Positions 28,768 through 38,528 of a DNA stretch of 64,000 bases are shown in pieces. Both the position numbers and the translations under genes were made by a program. How positions within the stretch are numbered: position 1 is the first letter of the stretch; each line of letters starts with the position of its first letter. The notes beneath the pieces were generated by a model. It was not told the DNA's origin and did no database searches. It saw nothing but the letters and a program-made list of their open reading frames with translations. Source of the stretch: Chloroflexota bacterium (GTDB taxonomy: Bacteria > Chloroflexota > Limnocylindria > P2-11E); contig VBDX01000134.1 in the NCBI GenBank assembly GCA_005881885.1, positions 4,534-68,533 on the forward strand, in the 5' to 3' direction.

Positions 28768-30735
28768 ATGCGCCGATTCGCTCTCTTCATCGCGCTCGCG
28801 GCATTCGTCGCGACCGTGGCGCTCCTCGACGCGATAACGCGTGGCAGCTTTGTCGCCCCCGAAGGCCCGCCGGCCGCGGTGGATGGAACCGGACCGATCC
28901 TGGTAGCGAGCTCGGCGGCCGGTGGTCATCGGGGCGCGATCGGGCGTGGCCGGATCGCGCTCCTCGTTTCGCCACGCTCGTCCACCGTCGCGCGCGCGAT
29001 CGCGGGAGCGCTCGCGCGAACTGGGCTCTCGGCGACATTCGCGCTCACCGCGGAGATCGCGATCGGCGACCCATCGCTTACGGGCGACCTTCGCAAGAGT
29101 GGGCACAACGTGGCCTACGCCGGGGTCGCCGCGGCCGATGCCGCCTCGTTGCCGGAGCCACTCTGGCGCGTCGCTGAGACGCTCGGCCTGCGGATGGTCG
29201 AGTCCGCAGCAGGCGAGCGCCTCGCCCTGTACGCGCCGGCCAGGCTTCTGGGAGGCCGTCTCGATGAGGGCGCGCTCATCGAAGCGCGCCGAGCTAGCGC
29301 GCTGGGTCTGGTAAGCCTGGCGCCGGCGGCGGCTCCGGCCAATGACACAGCGACCGATGGCCTCGTGGTGATCACGAACACCGACGATGTCGGAGGCTTT
29401 GCCGCACAGGGATCGCGGGCCAGGCTGGTCTCGCTGCGGGCGCTCGCCGGCCTAAACCCAGAGCCGCCGCTCGATCCACTCCGTGGCGCGGCCGGCGAGC
29501 TGGCCCTTGCAATGGGACGGGCCGCGCGCTGGGCCGGCGATGCGCTCTCGGCGGCGGCCGCGCTCGCCGCCGCGCTCTACCTCGCCAGGCTGGTCGTCGT
29601 CATCTTCGTCGCCGCGCGGCACGCGGGCCGACCCCGCATCGCGGCCACGAGCTCGCCGACCGTCGCCGTGCTCGTCCCGGCCTATCGCGAGGAGCTCGTC
29701 ATCTCGCGCTGCGTCGCATCGCTTCGCGCGAGCGTCTATCCGAACCTCGAGATCATCGTGATCGACGACGGCTCCGACGATGCGACCGCCACCGCCGCGC
29801 GCCGCGCCGCGGCGGATGATCGGCGCGTCACCGTTATCCAGAAACAGAATGGTGGCAAAGCCTCGGCGCTCAATCACGGATTCTCCTCCACGCGGGCCGA
29901 TGTGATCGTCGTCGTGGATGCCGATTCCATCGTCGAACGCGACGCGATAGCCGAGCTCGTGAAGCCGCTCGCTGACGCTCGCGTCGGCGCGGTAGCGGGG
30001 AACGTAAAAGTTGGCAATCGCTGGAGCGTTCTCGGTGTCTTTCAGCACCTGGAGTACGTCATGGGGATCAACCTGGACCGCCGCTTCTTCGACGAGATCG
30101 ACGCGATCAGCGTGGTCCCGGGGGCGCTCGGGGCGTTTCGCCGCGAGGCGCTCGAGGCGGTCGGCAAATTCTCAACGGAGACACTCGCCGAGGACGCCGA
30201 TCTGACGGTGGCGATCGGCGAGAGAGGCTTCCACGTGCGGCACGCTCCCTACGCGCGGGCGTGGACTGAGGTGCCGAGCGCACTCGGTGCGTTGCGCCGT
30301 CAGCGCTTTCGCTGGACGTACGGCATATTGCAGGTGCTCTGGAAGCACCGCGGCGCCCCGGTGCGCCGAGGCGCGACGAACGTCGGCCGTCTAGGGCTTC
30401 CGTACCTGCTCGTCTTCGGGTACTTGCTTCCTCTGCTCTCTCCCGCGGTGGACGCTGTTGTGGTGTATGGGCTGATCGTCGCGGGAGCGCGTCCCGAGGT
30501 AGTGGCCCTCTTCGGGGTGGTGACGGGGCTGCAGCTCCTCGCGGCGATGTTCGCACTGCGACTCGATGGCGAGAACATCGCCTGGGCGGCCGGGACGCTT
30601 CCGATGCAGCTGGGCTATAGGCAGTTCCTCTCGTTCGTCACCATTTCAGCCCTGGGGGCGGCGGTCGCGGGCTTCCCCGTGAGTTGGGGAAAGCTACGGC
30701 GGCGTGGCCTTCCGGCCGAGGTCGGCCGTAGCTGA
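28768..30735 (+). CDS. GT2 processive glycosyltransferase (PgaC/IcaA-like) with degenerate polysaccharide-deacetylase domain
   Basis: [30 protein letters not shown]-terminal TMs. Confidence 0.88.
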   Translation: MRRFALFIALAAFVATVALLDAITRGSFVAPEGPPAAVDGTGPILVASSAAGGHRGAIGRGRIALLVSPRSSTVARAIAGALARTGLSATFALTAEIAIGDPSLTGDLRKSGHNVAYAGVAAADAASLPEPLWRVAETLGLRMVESAAGERLALYAPARLLGGRLDEGALIEARRASALGLVSLAPAAAPANDTATDGLVVITNTDDVGGFAAQGSRARLVSLRALAGLNPEPPLDPLRGAAGELALAMGRAARWAGDALSAAAALAAALYLARLVVVIFVAARHAGRPRIAATSSPTVAVLVPAYREELVISRCVASLRASVYPNLEIIVIDDGSDDATATAARRAAADDRRVTVIQKQNGGKASALNHGFSSTRADVIVVVDADSIVERDAIAELVKPLADARVGAVAGNVKVGNRWSVLGVFQHLEYVMGINLDRRFFDEIDAISVVPGALGAFRREALEAVGKFSTETLAEDADLTVAIGERGFHVRHAPYARAWTEVPSALGALRRQRFRWTYGILQVLWKHRGAPVRRGATNVGRLGLPYLLVFGYLLPLLSPAVDAVVVYGLIVAGARPEVVALFGVVTGLQLLAAMFALRLDGENIAWAAGTLPMQLGYRQFLSFVTISALGAAVAGFPVSWGKLRRRGLPAEVGRS

Positions 30736-30774
30736 GCCGCGAACGGCCAGCCGCCCGGCGTACCGTAGCCGCAG

Positions 30775-31485
30775 GTGCGCATCGTTCTCGCGATCGCGTG
30801 CGTGATCCTCTTCGGCGCGGTCGCGGTGATCCTATCGGTATCGCCCGCTATGAAGCAGCTCGGCCCGGCGGCCGGCCCGACACCGATGCCGTACTACACG
30901 GCGGTCCCCACCGTCGTGACCATCCCTCCGGATGTCGGCGAGCGCGGCGCCCGAACGTACGCCCGCCTCTGGGCCATGTTCCTCGTACCGATCGAAGGCG
31001 CGGATGTTCCCGACGATCCGGCTCTCATGCCCGGCGCGCCGCGCGACTACCGCGCTGGCATTCATGAGGGCGTCGACTTCCCCGCGCCGTCAGGGACGCC
31101 CGTGGTCGCGGCAGCCGCCGGCAGGGTCGTCCGCGTGGATACGAGCTTTCTCGATTGGACGCGCGAGCAGCAGGACATCGCGCTGGACGAAGCGTTGACG
31201 CTCGGTTACACGCCCGCCGCGACGCTCGATCGCATCCGCGGCCGGCAGGTCTGGATCGATCACGGCAAGGGAGTCGTGACGCGTTACGCACATCTCGCCG
31301 CGGTCGGGCCGCTGACCGTCGGTCAGATGGTCGAAGCGGGGACGCCGATCGGAGCCGTCGGCAGCTCCGGTTACCCGCAGGGAGGACCGCACCTTCACTT
31401 CGAGGTGCGGATCGGCGACGACTACTACGGCGACGGACTCAGCGGCGACGCCTTGACGCGCGCGGTCTGGCGATTGTTCCGGTAG
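30775..31485 (+). CDS. M23 family metallopeptidase
   Basis: HEGVDF, YAHL, GPHLHFEVR; N-terminal signal/TM. Confidence 0.92.
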   Translation: MRIVLAIACVILFGAVAVILSVSPAMKQLGPAAGPTPMPYYTAVPTVVTIPPDVGERGARTYARLWAMFLVPIEGADVPDDPALMPGAPRDYRAGIHEGVDFPAPSGTPVVAAAAGRVVRVDTSFLDWTREQQDIALDEALTLGYTPAATLDRIRGRQVWIDHGKGVVTRYAHLAAVGPLTVGQMVEAGTPIGAVGSSGYPQGGPHLHFEVRIGDDYYGDGLSGDALTRAVWRLFR

Positions 31486-31487
31486 CG

Positions 31488-31673
31488 CTAGCCGCCGGGG
31501 CGGCTTCCACCTTCGAGAACGCATCGCGCGCACAGACACGCTTCGCCCTCGCGAGAGATGTCACCCATTCGGCCGCAGCGATCACAGCGGCCTTCTTCCG
31601 GCTTCCGGCCCACGACCTCGTCGGCCAGCCGGATCCATTTTGTGACCGCGCGCTCGGATTCCCGGTCGATCAA
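31488..31673 (-). CDS. small zinc-ribbon protein
   Basis: CDRCG...LCARC in 61 aa. Confidence 0.5.
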   Translation of the reverse strand: MIDRESERAVTKWIRLADEVVGRKPEEGRCDRCGRMGDISREGEACLCARCVLEGGSRPGG

Positions 31674-31752
31674 CGATTGAGCGGCGTCGCATACGCGGTG
31701 CCAGCGCGAGGCGGGCAGCAGGTATCAGATCTCGCTGTTACGAGGGCGTCAG

Positions 31753-32205
31753 CTAACGCAGGCCGGTGCGCCGCGCGCGGAGCGCGGCTTCGAGAACGAC
31801 CTCGACCGATTCGGAAGCCACCGGTGCGGGCACCGCGCGGAAGATCCCGATCTCGGTGACCTTGTCCTTCTCGGGCGCGTCGTACCACCACGACAGGTGG
31901 CTGATCTCGCACATGTAGACGTAGGCGGTCGTGCTCTTCGGAGTGAGGAACCGGATCGCGCCGAGGAGATCGAGCCGCGGTGGAACGATCCGCGCGGAGT
32001 CCCAGAGCTCCCGCTTGGCGACCTCAAGGATCGTCTCGCCGGCCTTGCGCCCGCTCGTAGGAAAGTGCCACCCGGCGGCGTCCGGCTTCCGGATCCAGAC
32101 GGTGAGATCGCCATAGAAGGGAACGATCATCGCAAGCTGGGCCGAGGCCGGAGGGTATTCACGAAAGGTGTTGTCTCTACGCGAAACGAAGGTGTGCTCG
32201 GTCAC
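31753..32205 (-). CDS. NUDIX-like protein, degenerate box
   Basis: WHFPTSGRKAGETILEVAKRELWDSARI lacks the EE pair. Confidence 0.65.
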   Translation of the reverse strand: MTEHTFVSRRDNTFREYPPASAQLAMIVPFYGDLTVWIRKPDAAGWHFPTSGRKAGETILEVAKRELWDSARIVPPRLDLLGAIRFLTPKSTTAYVYMCEISHLSWWYDAPEKDKVTEIGIFRAVPAPVASESVEVVLEAALRARRTGLR

Positions 32206-32289
32206 TATGCCGCACACTAAGCAGGGGAAGAAGCGAGCGTCAATAGCACAGCGGATTCGAGCCTGCGTAACGACGCCGCTTTGACCCGC

Positions 32290-33381
32290 TTAGGCGCGGA
32301 AGAGCTCTGAGACTCGGAAGGGATCGGCCGCGACGACGCTGGCCGCGTAGAGCTCCATCCCGCCAATGTCGCTCGTCTTGTTGGCGGGATCGCCTCGGTC
32401 GACGAGGCGTGCATGCGGTGGAAAGCGGCGCCAGTCGTTGCCGTCGGCAGCAAGTGGCGGAAGCAGCAGCGCCAGGTTGTATGCGACGACGCCGTGCGCA
32501 CGGTACGCGGCGATCGCCCTCGCAATGGCCGGAGCGAGTGCGATCTCGTCTTCGCCGGGTCGCCCGAGGATGACGACCTCGCTCTCCTTCACGGGCACGA
32601 GCGAAGCGAACACTCGGGCCCCATCGCGCTCGTCGCCGAGATCCAGCGCCTCGTGGACGCGCCAGAGGTCGTCGAAGTAGTCCCGGCCGTGCTGCTCGTC
32701 GTAGGCGAGCGAACGCCGGCGGAGCAACTCGACACGCGGGTAGTGCATGCCTCTGGTCACGGTCATCTGCATGTGGCCGTGCACGATCGAGCCACCTGCG
32801 CGCCAGAGGCAGTTCCAGATCAGGAAGTAGTACTTCGCCGATGGATCCTCGTCGATCGCGGCCTGGGCCCACCGGCGCGCAGTCAGCAGGCGGTCGCGGA
32901 TCACGGTCGCGTCCATCGCCGCGAGCGGGTCGTGCTCGTCGAAGACCAGGACGCCGTGGTACGTGTCGTATTTCGCGATGTTCGATGCGGTTATCCCATG
33001 CTCGCCTCGGATGCGGCCGAACGTGTCCGCCGGCGTGCCGGTCTCGGGATGACAGAACGGGTCTCCCCGCGCCCGCTCGATCGTTTCCCGGACCTCGTTG
33101 CCGCCCTTTACTTCGACCGGTCGGCGCGCGCGCAGGTCGTTGAAGAGCGCACCCTCCATCATCACGAGGTTCGTGACGCGGACGATCCGCTGGGTCGTCA
33201 CCGAGTCGACCGAGCCGAACTGCTTGGTGATCCACTCCCGCATCTCCGGCGGCGGATCGAGCCGACTGGTGGTCGTCGAGACGGCGAAGATCCGCTCGGC
33301 GGCGGCGCGCGCCTCAGGCGGAAGCGCCGCGATCCGCTCCTCGAGCTCGGCGATGGACGGCCGCGTCTCGGTGGACTTCAC
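32290..33381 (-). CDS. GalT/HIT-superfamily nucleotidyltransferase-like protein
   Basis: DPFC, NCLWRAGGSIVHGHMQ (GalT HxHxQ); GTGA overlap with the glgA stop. Confidence 0.7.
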   Translation of the reverse strand: MKSTETRPSIAELEERIAALPPEARAAAERIFAVSTTTSRLDPPPEMREWITKQFGSVDSVTTQRIVRVTNLVMMEGALFNDLRARRPVEVKGGNEVRETIERARGDPFCHPETGTPADTFGRIRGEHGITASNIAKYDTYHGVLVFDEHDPLAAMDATVIRDRLLTARRWAQAAIDEDPSAKYYFLIWNCLWRAGGSIVHGHMQMTVTRGMHYPRVELLRRRSLAYDEQHGRDYFDDLWRVHEALDLGDERDGARVFASLVPVKESEVVILGRPGEDEIALAPAIARAIAAYRAHGVVAYNLALLLPPLAADGNDWRRFPPHARLVDRGDPANKTSDIGGMELYAASVVAADPFRVSELFRA

Positions 33382-34793
33382 GCCGCCCGCCGCGCCTTCG
33401 CCGCGGCGCCATACATCTCGACGTAGCGCCGCGCCGAGGCTTTCCATGAATGATCCTCGCGCATCGCGCGCGTGCGGAGCGCAAGCCATGGCTGCCCGCC
33501 CGCGCGATAGCGATGCAGCGCGCGTTCGATGGCGTCGGCGAACCCGGCCGCTTCGTACTTGGTGAAGGAGAAGCCGTTGCCGCGCGCGTCTCCGTCAATG
33601 TCGCGCACGGTGTTCGCGAGCCCGCCGACCGCGCGAACTACAGGGACCGTGCCGTAGCGGAGCGAGATCAGCTGGCCGAGGCCGCACGGCTCGAACCGCG
33701 ACGGCATGAGGAACATGTCCGAGCCCGCATAGATGCGTTGTGCGAGCGCCGCATCGAAACCGAGCGTGAGGGCAAGCCGCCCCTTCATCTTCTGGGCGAG
33801 CTCGCGCCAGCGCTGCTCGTAGGTGGGGTCCCCGGCTCCAAGCACGACGAGCTGGCCACCCTTGTCGAGGAGCCACGGAGCCACCGCGGTGAGCAGATCG
33901 ACGCCCTTCTGCTCGACGAGCCGTCCGATCACACCGAAGACCGGCGCGCTCGGCTGCACGGTGAGACCGGTCTCCGTCTGCAGCGCCGCCTTGCAGACGG
34001 CCTTGCCACTCTGGTCGTCTGCGGTGTAGTGCGCGGCGATATGCGGGTCGCGCGAGGGATCGAAGAACGTCGTATCGATCCCATTGGTGATGCCCCAGAG
34101 ATCGTCGCGTCGGTCGCGCAGAAGACCCTCGAGTCGCTCCCCGAACTCGGGCGTGAGGATCTCCTCCGCATAACGCTCGCTCACCGTCGAGACGATGTCC
34201 GCGGTCGCGATGGCCCGCGCCATCGGGTTCGCCTCGTCGCGGCCCTCGACCGCCAGACGCGAGCGCGGCAGCCCCACCAGGCGGAGAACGTCCGCGCTCG
34301 TGCGTCCCTGGTACGCGAGGTTGTGGATCGTGAAGACCGTCGCCGAGCCAGGCAGCTTCCGCGAGCGTGCGGCGAGCTGCACGAGCAGGGCCGCGTGCCA
34401 GTCGTGGGCGTGGATCACGTCGGGCTTCGTCTCCTCCAGGTCCGCGAGCACTGCACGGCAAAACAACGCGTAACGCTTTGCGTCGTCCGCGTACCCGTAC
34501 ACCTTGTCGCGCCCGATGCGGAAGCTACGCACGAAGACGAAGCGCACACCGTCGCGCGTGATCTCGGGGTACGCGATGCGCGCGTGGGCGGCACCGTACG
34601 GAACGGAGTGGGTTCGCGCGCTCTTGGCGGGGATGGCGAACTTCACGACATCGATCGAACGATGGAGCGGAAGATAGACGCTGACCTCGTGGCCGAGCGC
34701 GGCCAGCGCCTGAGGCAGAGAGCCCACGACATCGGCGAGGCCGCCGACCTTGGCGTAGGGAGCGACCTCGGCGGCCGCGAACGAAATCCGCAC
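33378..34793 (-). CDS. glgA: glycogen synthase (GT5)
   Basis: KVGGLADV, HAHDWH, TIHNLAYQG, QKG, MPSRFEPCGL. Confidence 0.96.
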   Translation of the reverse strand: MRISFAAAEVAPYAKVGGLADVVGSLPQALAALGHEVSVYLPLHRSIDVVKFAIPAKSARTHSVPYGAAHARIAYPEITRDGVRFVFVRSFRIGRDKVYGYADDAKRYALFCRAVLADLEETKPDVIHAHDWHAALLVQLAARSRKLPGSATVFTIHNLAYQGRTSADVLRLVGLPRSRLAVEGRDEANPMARAIATADIVSTVSERYAEEILTPEFGERLEGLLRDRRDDLWGITNGIDTTFFDPSRDPHIAAHYTADDQSGKAVCKAALQTETGLTVQPSAPVFGVIGRLVEQKGVDLLTAVAPWLLDKGGQLVVLGAGDPTYEQRWRELAQKMKGRLALTLGFDAALAQRIYAGSDMFLMPSRFEPCGLGQLISLRYGTVPVVRAVGGLANTVRDIDGDARGNGFSFTKYEAAGFADAIERALHRYRAGGQPWLALRTRAMREDHSWKASARRYVEMYGAAAKARRAA

Positions 34794-34920
34794 GGATCAA
34801 GGAGAGATGTTAACGGCGCGTAAGGATTTCGCGTTGCGCCTCCTTGGACGCACTGTCCGGACACGGATGCGTTAGACACGGAGTAGGCGGGATAAAGAGG
34901 CCCTAGATGGAGTGGAGCAG

Positions 34921-35907
34921 ATGAAGGCATTACATCGGAAACTCGCGCTCGGGCTCGCGATCGGCGTCGCTAGCGTGGGCATGTTCGGGGCGGCGGCGCT
35001 CGGCGCCTTTGGACTTGAGGTCTCCTCGAGCGTCGGCTCGGCGATCGCTCCCGTCGGCTCGGTGCTCGGCGCCGAGAAGCCGGACAAGTTCAAAGGGATC
35101 CTCGACGCTCTCGTGCAGAAGGGTGTCATCACCCAGCAGCAAGAAGACGCGATCCTCGCTGCGATGAAGGATGCGGCGGGCAAAGACTCCGCCCGCGTCC
35201 ACGTGGCGCACGATCTCTTCGGTGCCGCGGCTCAGTATCTCGGTACCACCGAGAAGGACCTGCGCGCGAAGCTCCCCGGCACGAGCCTTGGAAAGATCGC
35301 TGACGGTATGGCCCCCGCGAAGTCGCGTGCCGGGCTCGTCGCCGCGCTTACGACCGCGGCGAACGCCGACATCGACAAGGCCGTCGCCGACAAGAGGATC
35401 ACCGCCGACCAGGCGACGACCCTTCGGTCCAAGGTCGCCGGCGAGATCACCTCGCTCGTCGACCGGACCTGGCCGACGAAGCCGACTGCCGCCGTGCGGG
35501 CGCCGAATCTGAAGAGCTTCCTCGGCGAGATGTCGAAGACCGTTCAGACGTTCCTCGGACTTTCGGCAACGGACATCGCGACCGCGCTGCGGAACGGTCA
35601 GAGCCTGGGCGAGCTCGCGAACGCGACCAAGCCCAACGGTCGGGACAGTCTCATCGCCGCCCTGACGTTGAGCGCGAACACGCGGATCGACAAAGCCGCC
35701 GCTGACAAGAAGATCACGACCGATCAGGCGACCACCCTGAAGAGCAAGGTGGGCGCTGCAATCACGACCTTCGTCGACCGCAAGTTCCCGGTGCGGAGCT
35801 CGACGGAGCCCGCGTCGCCGGCGAACGGCACGACGCCGGCGGCGCCAACGACCACGAAGCCGACAACGCCGGCGAGCCCATCGCCGACGCCGAAAGAAGA
35901 TCGATAG
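34921..35907 (+). CDS. secreted protein with tandem helical repeats and Pro/Thr tail
   Basis: Signal peptide; IDKAxADKxITxDQATTL repeated twice, plus a partial N-terminal copy. Confidence 0.8.
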   Translation: MKALHRKLALGLAIGVASVGMFGAAALGAFGLEVSSSVGSAIAPVGSVLGAEKPDKFKGILDALVQKGVITQQQEDAILAAMKDAAGKDSARVHVAHDLFGAAAQYLGTTEKDLRAKLPGTSLGKIADGMAPAKSRAGLVAALTTAANADIDKAVADKRITADQATTLRSKVAGEITSLVDRTWPTKPTAAVRAPNLKSFLGEMSKTVQTFLGLSATDIATALRNGQSLGELANATKPNGRDSLIAALTLSANTRIDKAAADKKITTDQATTLKSKVGAAITTFVDRKFPVRSSTEPASPANGTTPAAPTTTKPTTPASPSPTPKEDR

Positions 35908-35935
35908 GAGCGGTACCGATCTCATTCCGCGCGAA

Positions 35936-35967
35936 GACGCCGGGCGAAAGCCCGGCGTTCTTGTTGT
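35936..35967 (+). terminator. intrinsic terminator
   Basis: ACGCCGGGC-GAAA-GCCCGGCGT followed by TCTTGTTGT. Confidence 0.85.
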
Positions 35968-36136
35968 CAGCGGTATCCGTTCGGTCGCGAGTAGGAACGG
36001 GCATGCTCACCGGTCGTTGGACCTAACGCTGGGGAGACGGGGCGGAGGCGGAAGCATGTCGAACCCGCTCACACATGTCGCGACGCGAAGCGCCGGCGTT
36101 ATAGTCGGCGCGCCAGCGAGGGGCACGGAGTTGGGA

Positions 36137-38041
36137 ATGGAGCGGGTACTAGAGGGCCGATACAAGATCGAGGAGCCGCTCGGTGTGGGCGGCTCTTCTC
36201 AGGTCTACCTCGCCCGCGACAAGGCATTGAACCGCGACGTCGCGTTGAAGGTGCTCGATGCGCCCGCGGCCGCTGACGGCGATACCCGCAGGATGTTCGT
36301 CAAGGAAGCGCGCGCTCTGGCGCAGCTCTCCCACCCGAATATCGTCGCCGTCTACGACGTGGGCGAGGTCGATGGCTCGCCGTTCATCGTCATGGAGTAC
36401 CTCGCCGGCGGATCGCTGAAGCAGAAGATCGAGGGCACCGGTCCGCTCAACGCGGGCGAAGCGGTCCGTGTCGCGATCGAGGTCGCCAACGGCCTTGCGT
36501 TCGCGCACTCCAAGGGCATCATCCACGCGGACCTCAAGCCCTCGAACATCCTGTTCGACGCGAACGACACCGCGAAGATATGCGACTTCGGTATCGCCCG
36601 CACCCCGCAGGAGGACGCCGATACGCCGCAGCTCTACGCCACGGCGATGTACGTCGCACCCGAGCGGGTCGAGGGCAAGAGCACGACGGTGCAGTCGGAT
36701 GTTTACGGGCTGGGCCTCGTCCTGTACGAGGCGCTCGTCGGCAAACCGCCCTTCACGAGCTCGAACGCCGCGGTCCTCCTGCGCGACCATGTCGTGCGTC
36801 AGCCTGTGCCACCGAGCCACCTCCGGCAGTCGCTGCCAAAGGAGCTCGACACCGTCGCGCTGAAGGCGCTGGCGAAACAGCCAAACCTCCGCTACCAGAA
36901 GGCGAGCGACTTCGCGGTCGCCCTACAGCGGATCGAGAACGTCGACAAGGAGCTGGCGACCACGCGAATGGTGATGGCCGACCCGCTCGAGGACTTCATC
37001 CCGAAGACCGAGCAGAGCCCGGTCGTCGCATTGCTCTCCGCCTACGGCCAACCGATCCGGCGGGTGTTCTTCGCGCTGTTCGCCGCCCTTCCGGTATTCG
37101 CGATGGCGACGCTCGCGGGCTTCGAGATCGTCGGCTCGCTGCTCGCGGCCGCGCTCGTCGCGGTCGTCGGCGCCGCCGGCCAGCTCGGCATCGCGATCGC
37201 GATCGGCTGGGTGATCGAGACCGCGCTGCTGTTCGTGTTCGTTCCCGGTCTCTCGTTACTTTTCGCGGGGCTCGGCATCTTGCTGTACCTGAGAACCACC
37301 CCGCCGGAGCAGATCGCGCTCGCGATGGCCATTCCGGTGCTCACGCCCCTTGGTCTCGCGCCCGCGATGATCCTCACCGCCGCCGCCGTCTTCGGCCTGA
37401 CCGGTGTCCTCACGGTTGCCGCCAGCGCCACGATGACGATGCTCTTCGCGGTCGCGATGGGCGTTCAGTCACTTGGTCCATACGCGCAGACCGGTATGTC
37501 GCTGCGGCAGGAGTCGCTCTTCAACCCGGTGCGGGCGGCCGAGACAAAGGCGGCGCTCGCAACCTTCGTACAGAACTCGAATGATCGCTGGGGCCCGCTC
37601 AGCACCCAGCTCGACCCCGCGGTCCTCTGGTCGCAGATGACCGGCCTCGTCTCGCGCCTCGCGGGCGCGACGCTAGAGACATGGATCGCGACGGTGCTCG
37701 CGTGGACGATGGCCGCGCTCACCGTATGGACCGTCACGCGCCTCTTGCGCACCTTCTTCGACACGCTGCTCCGCCGCCCCAAGCGCTGGTTCGCGTTGTA
37801 CGTCCTCGCGGCCGGAGCGGGCGTCACCGGCGGCGCCGCCATCCTCTACATGTTCGCGGTGACGCTCTCCGCGCTCGACGACGCGCCGGGCCGGCCCGGG
37901 AACGGTGTGCTGTTCCTCGCGGCGATGACCGGCGCGATCCTCGCGCTCGCCGCCGGGATCGTGATCAGCGCCACCGAGCAGCCTGAGCCTGAAGCGGAAG
38001 GATCGATCCCGATGTCCGCGCGAAGGATCCCGGTCCGCTAA
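36137..38041 (+). CDS. Hanks-type Ser/Thr kinase with multi-pass membrane C-terminus
   Basis: LGVGGSSQV, VALK, HADLKPSN, DFG, APE, SDVYGLG; many hydrophobic helices. Confidence 0.93.
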   Translation: MERVLEGRYKIEEPLGVGGSSQVYLARDKALNRDVALKVLDAPAAADGDTRRMFVKEARALAQLSHPNIVAVYDVGEVDGSPFIVMEYLAGGSLKQKIEGTGPLNAGEAVRVAIEVANGLAFAHSKGIIHADLKPSNILFDANDTAKICDFGIARTPQEDADTPQLYATAMYVAPERVEGKSTTVQSDVYGLGLVLYEALVGKPPFTSSNAAVLLRDHVVRQPVPPSHLRQSLPKELDTVALKALAKQPNLRYQKASDFAVALQRIENVDKELATTRMVMADPLEDFIPKTEQSPVVALLSAYGQPIRRVFFALFAALPVFAMATLAGFEIVGSLLAAALVAVVGAAGQLGIAIAIGWVIETALLFVFVPGLSLLFAGLGILLYLRTTPPEQIALAMAIPVLTPLGLAPAMILTAAAVFGLTGVLTVAASATMTMLFAVAMGVQSLGPYAQTGMSLRQESLFNPVRAAETKAALATFVQNSNDRWGPLSTQLDPAVLWSQMTGLVSRLAGATLETWIATVLAWTMAALTVWTVTRLLRTFFDTLLRRPKRWFALYVLAAGAGVTGGAAILYMFAVTLSALDDAPGRPGNGVLFLAAMTGAILALAAGIVISATEQPEPEAEGSIPMSARRIPVR

Positions 38042-38043
38042 AA

Positions 38044-38388
38044 CTAGCGGGCCTTCTTCGCAGGCAGCTTCTTCGCATAGGCGTACGCCTGATCCACCCA
38101 CGCGCGCAGCTTCGCGGGATTCGTCACGACGGCATCCGGCACCACGACGTACTCCTTCATCGGCCGCCCCGGCATCGGTTCGAACGTCTTCGCGGTCGTC
38201 GCGCCGGCGATCGTGCGCTCTGCGCCGAGCCTCACGATGATCTTGTCCTGGTAGGTGCCCGCGAACATGTTCCCATTCAGGAAGAGCGCGGGATAGCCGA
38301 ACATCGGCCGCGCCGTGACGCTCGGACCGCTCGGCTTCGCTTTCTCGAATGCGGCGATGAGCTCGGGTGGTGACTTCTTCCAGGCCAT
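38044..38388 (-). CDS. TfoX/Sxy N-terminal-domain protein
   Basis: RPMFGY, NGNMFAG, FEPMPGRPMKEYV, LPAK. Confidence 0.85.
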   Translation of the reverse strand: MAWKKSPPELIAAFEKAKPSGPSVTARPMFGYPALFLNGNMFAGTYQDKIIVRLGAERTIAGATTAKTFEPMPGRPMKEYVVVPDAVVTNPAKLRAWVDQAYAYAKKLPAKKAR

Positions 38389-38463
38389 CTTTTTGGAGGT
38401 TAGTCAGTCGATCGGTCGCGCGATTTTTCCGCACTAGTGCTTGCTTTTTTGGTTGCGGCGTGA

Positions 38464-38479
38464 TAGAACTAACGTTCTA
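38464..38479. promoter_or_regulatory. LexA (SOS) box
   Basis: TAGAAC-TAAC-GTTCTA (GAAC-N4-GTTC); near-identical to the box at 51163. Confidence 0.8.
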
Positions 38480-38528
38480 GAGGCCATCAGGCGGAGGAAG
38501 GACCGACCCGGACCTCAGAGGTCGTTCC

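Noticed and set aside
38262-38273. GAAC-AT-GTTC palindrome inside the tfoX-like gene as a LexA box
   Set aside because: The spacer is 2 bp rather than 4 and the site is intragenic.
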